Part shown: positions 60,226 to 64,000 of the stretch, piece by piece
Layout of the letters: every line of letters starts with the position of its first letter
Position numbering within the stretch: the stretch's first letter is position 1
Origin: Campylobacterales bacterium
GTDB taxonomy: Bacteria > Campylobacterota > Campylobacteria > Campylobacterales > Sulfurovaceae
Direction: 5' to 3'
DNA: 64,000 nucleotides
Assembly (NCBI GenBank): GCA_016937775.1
Contig: JAFGVX010000050.1
Coordinates: 898 to 64,897, forward strand
Translations under genes and position numbers: made by a program
Notes under the pieces: generated by a model
The model's input: the letters and a program-made list of their open reading frames with translations, nothing else
What the model was told of the DNA's origin: nothing
Database searches by the model: none

Positions 60226-60281
60226 TAGAAGAATTTTATCTAAAATATTGGTAAAATAGCATAAAAAGTTTCGGAGAATTT

Positions 60282-60947
60282 GTGAATAAAAAAGCAGTAT
60301 GTATCATTTCAGGCGGTATGGATAGTGCATTAAGTGCTAAGATAGCTCAAGAGAGTGGTTTTGAGGTAATTGGTGTTCATTTTAACTATTTACAAAGAAC
60401 ACAATCACGAGAACTTCAGGCTTTTAGAGATATAACTGCCGCGCTCAGGATTCGAAATATCTACGAGATTGATTTGCCGTTTTTTAAAACTATCGGCGCA
60501 TCCGCACTCACTGATAGTTCTATAGCTATTCCAACGGGTGGGATCGAGCCTGGAGTTCCTGTGACCTATGTACCTTTTAGAAATGGAATATTTCTCTCAA
60601 TCGCCGCTTCTATTGCTGAAAAAGAGGGTGCAGAGGCTATCTATATTGGTGTTGTCGAGGAAGATAGTAGTGGTTATCCTGATTGCAGAGCATCCTATAT
60701 AGGGGATATGCAACGCGCCATCAATAGTGGCACAAAAGCAGAGACAAATATAGCCATAGAGATGCCTCTAGTAAAGCTTTCAAAAAAACAGATTGTCAAA
60801 GAAGCGCTCAAACTTCAAGTGCCACTCGAACTTACTTGGAGTTGTTATCAAAACGAGGAGAAGGCTTGCGGAGTTTGTGATAGTTGCAGGTTAAGGCTTC
60901 GAGGTTTTGAGATGTGCGGTAAAAAAGACCCTATTGAGTATATTTAA
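60282..60947 (+). CDS. queC: 7-cyano-7-deazaguanine synthase
   Basis: 221 aa. SGGMDS PP-loop, C-terminal zinc cysteines CGVCDSC. GTG start. Confidence 0.9.
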   Translation: MNKKAVCIISGGMDSALSAKIAQESGFEVIGVHFNYLQRTQSRELQAFRDITAALRIRNIYEIDLPFFKTIGASALTDSSIAIPTGGIEPGVPVTYVPFRNGIFLSIAASIAEKEGAEAIYIGVVEEDSSGYPDCRASYIGDMQRAINSGTKAETNIAIEMPLVKLSKKQIVKEALKLQVPLELTWSCYQNEEKACGVCDSCRLRLRGFEMCGKKDPIEYI

Positions 60948-60970
60948 CCGCGACAATCATTGAGAATATT

Positions 60971-61303
60971 TTATTTTCCTAATTGAAGTTTCATCTTCTC
61001 TTGCAATTCATCGGCAAGCGCAAATATCTCTTCAGCCGTCTTCCCATCCATTTGTGTATTGACTTTATTGAGAACTTCATCTTGATTCTCACCGTTACCG
61101 AGAGAAGTGATAGCAGCATACATATATATACCTACGATTGATCTTTGAAATCGTTCTTGATCTTCTGCTGAAAGTTCAGTCATGATTTTATCTGCCGATT
61201 TTTTCATGGCTTCTTCCGAAGATGTATCAAGTGTGGATTTGCCACATCCGCTAAGTATGATTGCCAAAATTGCAATAGAGAAGATTTTTACAATAGTTTT
61301 CAT
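60971..61303 (-). CDS. Hypothetical lipoprotein
   Basis: 110 aa. Lipobox LSGC, helical acidic mature part. Confidence 0.5.
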   Translation of the reverse strand: MKTIVKIFSIAILAIILSGCGKSTLDTSSEEAMKKSADKIMTELSAEDQERFQRSIVGIYMYAAITSLGNGENQDEVLNKVNTQMDGKTAEEIFALADELQEKMKLQLGK

Positions 61304-61377
61304 TGAGGTTCCTTGAGTGTGATTATGATTACTATTTTATAGTTATTAGCTTAATATAAGAGTTTAATGTGATAGCA

Positions 61378-61755
61378 TTACCAGTAGATAATATCGATAA
61401 CTCTCTTAGTAAGATCAAAAGATATGCGAACGAGAGATTTATTTTTTATCCCATTATTTTTTTCTCTATAGATGATGTACCAATATGTATAGCCGATTAT
61501 TTTAGCATCTTTTTTGATCGGCTCATAAAGGGCTCGAATTTCATCAGGTTCTCCAAGAATGCTTTTAACTTCATCGGAACTCATATTTTTCTTAATTTTT
61601 TTATAATTAGTCTTGATGAATGAGACTCTCTCTTCGGAGGCAACATAGGGATAATCTGCAATCTCTTTTGAGATAAATTGATCTTCTAGTGCATCTGCTA
61701 GGCTACAAGAAAACACAATTGTGATTAAAGCTAAAATATTAACTCTTGCCATCAA
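61378..61755 (-). CDS. Hypothetical secreted protein (BamE/SmpA-like motif)
   Basis: 125 aa. Signal peptide, MSSDEVKSILGEPD stretch. Confidence 0.45.
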   Translation of the reverse strand: MMARVNILALITIVFSCSLADALEDQFISKEIADYPYVASEERVSFIKTNYKKIKKNMSSDEVKSILGEPDEIRALYEPIKKDAKIIGYTYWYIIYREKNNGIKNKSLVRISFDLTKRVIDIIYW

Positions 61756-61757
61756 AG

Positions 61758-62525
61758 TTAATTTATATAAAGTTTGAGCGTATATTGCATATCTTCATCA
61801 AGCTCCAAGCTTTTAAGCATCCAAGCAAGATAATTTCCATCTTCCATGGCAATCTCTTCAATGAGCCTGTCTTTATATTTTCCAAATTTAAAAATCCTAA
61901 TAACAACAGGTGTATTGGTTAATTCTTTGAGTTTATTCATTACATCTTCATTGGGATATTTTTCAACAATTTTCTCTTTAAGTTTCGACAAAAGTAGCTT
62001 CATTACCAAAACATCACCGATGGCATCATGTGCTTGTATGGTGATGCCGAGTTTTTGCGCCTCTTGTTTTTCGTCTTTATAGAGCCCTAAAGAGTAGCGT
62101 AGATATTGAAGTGCATGTGAGCGTTCATCGGGTAGAAGATGTTTTGCACATCTAAGCGTATCTATAAGGATGTAATTATTTTCAAATCCCTCTTTTTGAA
62201 GCATCTCAAGATCAAAACTGATATTGTGTGCTATGAGGAAGTTCGAAGCATCATTATTTTCTTGGAGCATTGCATAAAAATCACTTTTTAAAAAAGGCAG
62301 TTTATCTTTGATATCTTCAGGAATTATGTGATGTACCGCCATTGCTTCAAAGCTTATCTCTTTTTGAGTGGAGCATAGTTCATTATAGACGATTGGCTCT
62401 TTGCCGTTTCCCAAGAGTATACCGCCTACTTGAATGATTCTATCTTCTACACCGTTGCCTGTTGTTTCTGTATCAAAAAGTAAAAATTTTCTCATAGTTG
62501 CTCCTATTGTAAAAAATGGTATCAA
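61758..62525 (-). CDS. DEDDh 3-prime to 5-prime exonuclease with DUF3820-like C-terminal domain
   Basis: 255 aa. FDTETTG, HNISFDLEML, HDAIGD. C-terminal FGKYKDRLIEEI...YLAWML. Confidence 0.7.
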   Translation of the reverse strand: MIPFFTIGATMRKFLLFDTETTGNGVEDRIIQVGGILLGNGKEPIVYNELCSTQKEISFEAMAVHHIIPEDIKDKLPFLKSDFYAMLQENNDASNFLIAHNISFDLEMLQKEGFENNYILIDTLRCAKHLLPDERSHALQYLRYSLGLYKDEKQEAQKLGITIQAHDAIGDVLVMKLLLSKLKEKIVEKYPNEDVMNKLKELTNTPVVIRIFKFGKYKDRLIEEIAMEDGNYLAWMLKSLELDEDMQYTLKLYIN

Positions 62526-62620
62526 AAATAGGGTAAGGGCGAGCTAATTATTTTATTTTATATGCTATATTTTTCGATATAATAAATTTTATTGCCCTTT
62601 GTGGGCAGAGGGGGGATTAT

Positions 62621-63082
62621 ATGAATTTTGATTCGGTATTGCTTGAGCATATGATGGAGCCAAAAAATTATGGAGAGCTTGAATCTCATAATAGTGAAGG
62701 CATAGGAAAAAACCCTGATAATGGAGAGAAGGTTATTGTTTTTCTTGATGTAAAAGGAAGTGAACCTAGGATAGAAGATATCTCATTTCAGGCAATCGGG
62801 TGTATGACTACCGTAACAGCAGGTTCTATCATCACGAGTGAAGCCAAAGGGCTTACTTTTGAGAGAGCTCAAGACCTTATCGCAGCAACACTTGGTATAC
62901 TCGATGATGTACCACCGGAAGAAGTAGCTTGTTCGGAGATGGTAGTGCTTGCTCTTAAAGCGGCGATGGACACCTATATGGAGAGAAGAAAAGATAGTAC
63001 TTTTCCAGTGATAAGTTATAAGATAGAAAATAGCTGTTATCCGCAAAATAGTAATCTTTCGGAGGAATCGAGTAATGACTAG
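62621..63082 (+). CDS. IscU/NifU-N-like protein lacking the first conserved cluster cysteine
   Basis: 153 aa. NPDNGE where the scaffold motif NPxCGD is expected. GCMTTVTAGS and ACSEMV are retained. Confidence 0.6.
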   Translation: MNFDSVLLEHMMEPKNYGELESHNSEGIGKNPDNGEKVIVFLDVKGSEPRIEDISFQAIGCMTTVTAGSIITSEAKGLTFERAQDLIAATLGILDDVPPEEVACSEMVVLALKAAMDTYMERRKDSTFPVISYKIENSCYPQNSNLSEESSND

Positions 63083-63911
63083 GTTAATGGTAAATATTCA
63101 TGAGGTTTGGCTTGAGACTTTAATGGCTGGTTTCATGGCAAGCGGGAGAAGTAAACAGATACTTTTTGATTTCTCAGATATTCTTTTTAGGCATTTTACT
63201 TGGGTAGAGCAGTATCTTATTGACGATGGAGTCGAATATGACTATGATAGAAGTGCCATACCGATAAAAGTGGAAAAATTAAGCACAATACTCGCGGATA
63301 TTGCTTTTCGTTTACGGCAGATAGATATACAGTTGATCGTCTGCAATGATGATGCACTCACAAAGAGAATCACAAGTGATATCAATTACATCATCTCTAC
63401 TCTTGATAGACTCGAAGATGAAGATATAAGCGCATTCGATCTTTCTAGAAAACTTGATAATTATGAACTTACAGATGAGGCAACGGATGCCTTGACGCTT
63501 TTTCTTTTTGAAGAGAGCTATAAAGAGTATGAGCTTATCATGATCTATAATTATCTCAAAGTTCACACACAAGATTATTATCTTATTAGGATATTTCAAA
63601 TACTTATCGATGAGAGCTTTTTTCATTTGAGAAGTTTTGGGCAGATGATGGCAGATATGGGGATACTTGGAGTCCCAAGGATTATTTACAAAGAGCTCTA
63701 TAAAGTTGAAAATATAACCGAATTTCTTAGAAACGGCATCAATGAAGAGATGCTTGCAAAAGAAGAGTGCCGTAAACTCTCAGAAGCTGTAGGTAGTGAA
63801 AGTAAAGAGCTAAGTAGCTTCTTTGATTGTATCAATATGCAAGAGGATTACCATATAGAGTTGATGAAAAGAGCATTAGAGCATTTTGAGAGTAGAGATA
63901 ATGTTAAGTAG
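63075..63911 (+). CDS. Hypothetical protein, ferritin-like (bacterioferritin-type) C-terminal half
   Basis: 278 aa. FEESYKEYELIMIYNY, IDESFFHLRSFGQMMADMGILGVP and QEDYHIELM resemble ferritin-like helices A, B and D. 8-nt overlap with the upstream gene. Confidence 0.45.
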   Translation: MTRLMVNIHEVWLETLMAGFMASGRSKQILFDFSDILFRHFTWVEQYLIDDGVEYDYDRSAIPIKVEKLSTILADIAFRLRQIDIQLIVCNDDALTKRITSDINYIISTLDRLEDEDISAFDLSRKLDNYELTDEATDALTLFLFEESYKEYELIMIYNYLKVHTQDYYLIRIFQILIDESFFHLRSFGQMMADMGILGVPRIIYKELYKVENITEFLRNGINEEMLAKEECRKLSEAVGSESKELSSFFDCINMQEDYHIELMKRALEHFESRDNVK

Positions 63912-64000
63912 ATATTTTACGAGTGTTGTATCGAGGCTTTTTGGTCGTTTTGCATCGCATCAATTTTTTTCACTTTGCCAGTGTTGTATCAATAAGTGCT
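63901..64000 (+). CDS. psd: Phosphatidylserine decarboxylase proenzyme, N-terminal fragment running off the window
   Basis: Hand translation MLSRYFTSVVSRLFGRFASHQFFSLCQCCINKC resembles the N-termini I recall for epsilonproteobacterial Psd (SR.FG..A...FP...Q..IN). 11-nt overlap with the upstream gene. Confidence 0.5.
   Translation, partial: MLSRYFTSVVSRLFGRFASHQFFSLCQCCINKC

Noticed and set aside
60226-60281. preQ1 riboswitch upstream of queC
   Set aside because: I looked for the compact preQ1 aptamer features in the 56-nt leader and did not recognise them. The region looks like a plain AT-rich promoter and ribosome binding site.
1-64000. Prophage, integrative element, defence island or toxin-antitoxin pair
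   Set aside because: No integrase, transposase, recombinase, phage structural gene, restriction-modification, cas or recognisable toxin/antitoxin genes were seen on either strand. The tRNA genes at 7463-7766 have no adjacent integrase or direct-repeat scar that I could find.

Overview
AT-rich chromosomal segment with the gene content and order of a Campylobacterota (epsilonproteobacterial) genome. The block lpxB-queH-fabZ-lpxA-clpX-mreB-mreC-carB on the minus strand matches the arrangement I recall from Campylobacter and Helicobacter relatives. Almost all of the window is tightly packed housekeeping: amino-acid and polyamine metabolism (aminotransferase, cysE, speA, hemL, metF, serB), translation (hisS, two tRNAs, ybeY, queC, queH), envelope (lpxA, lpxB, fabZ, mreBC, uppP, tonB), central carbon (acnB, oadGAB-pckA), carB, ftsK, clpX and two DEAD-box helicases. 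I see no transposase, integrase, phage gene, CRISPR array or recognisable defence island, so I cannot point to a protein-coding novel system with confidence. Three things stand out. (1) There is a dense population of short GC-rich palindromic repeat modules in at least three sequence families at about seven loci. Many are arranged as inverted doublets with GTCA...TGAC termini (REPIN-like), their stems show compensatory base changes, a roughly 580-bp intergenic hotspot is built almost entirely from them, and three copies sit in frame inside the anmK coding sequence. (2) A translationally coupled cluster encodes a secreted amidase, an SSS transporter, AnmK, AmgK and MurU. It reads as a self-contained peptidoglycan-sugar salvage route in which an SSS permease takes the place of AmpG. 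(3) Several smaller oddities are listed: a long-form QueH, an IscU-like protein that lacks the first cluster-ligand Cys and is paired with a ferritin-like protein, a 45-codon paralogue fragment missed by the ORF track, and a DUF898/M48 coupled pair. Functional calls rest on motif and whole-protein recognition by eye. No searches were run.
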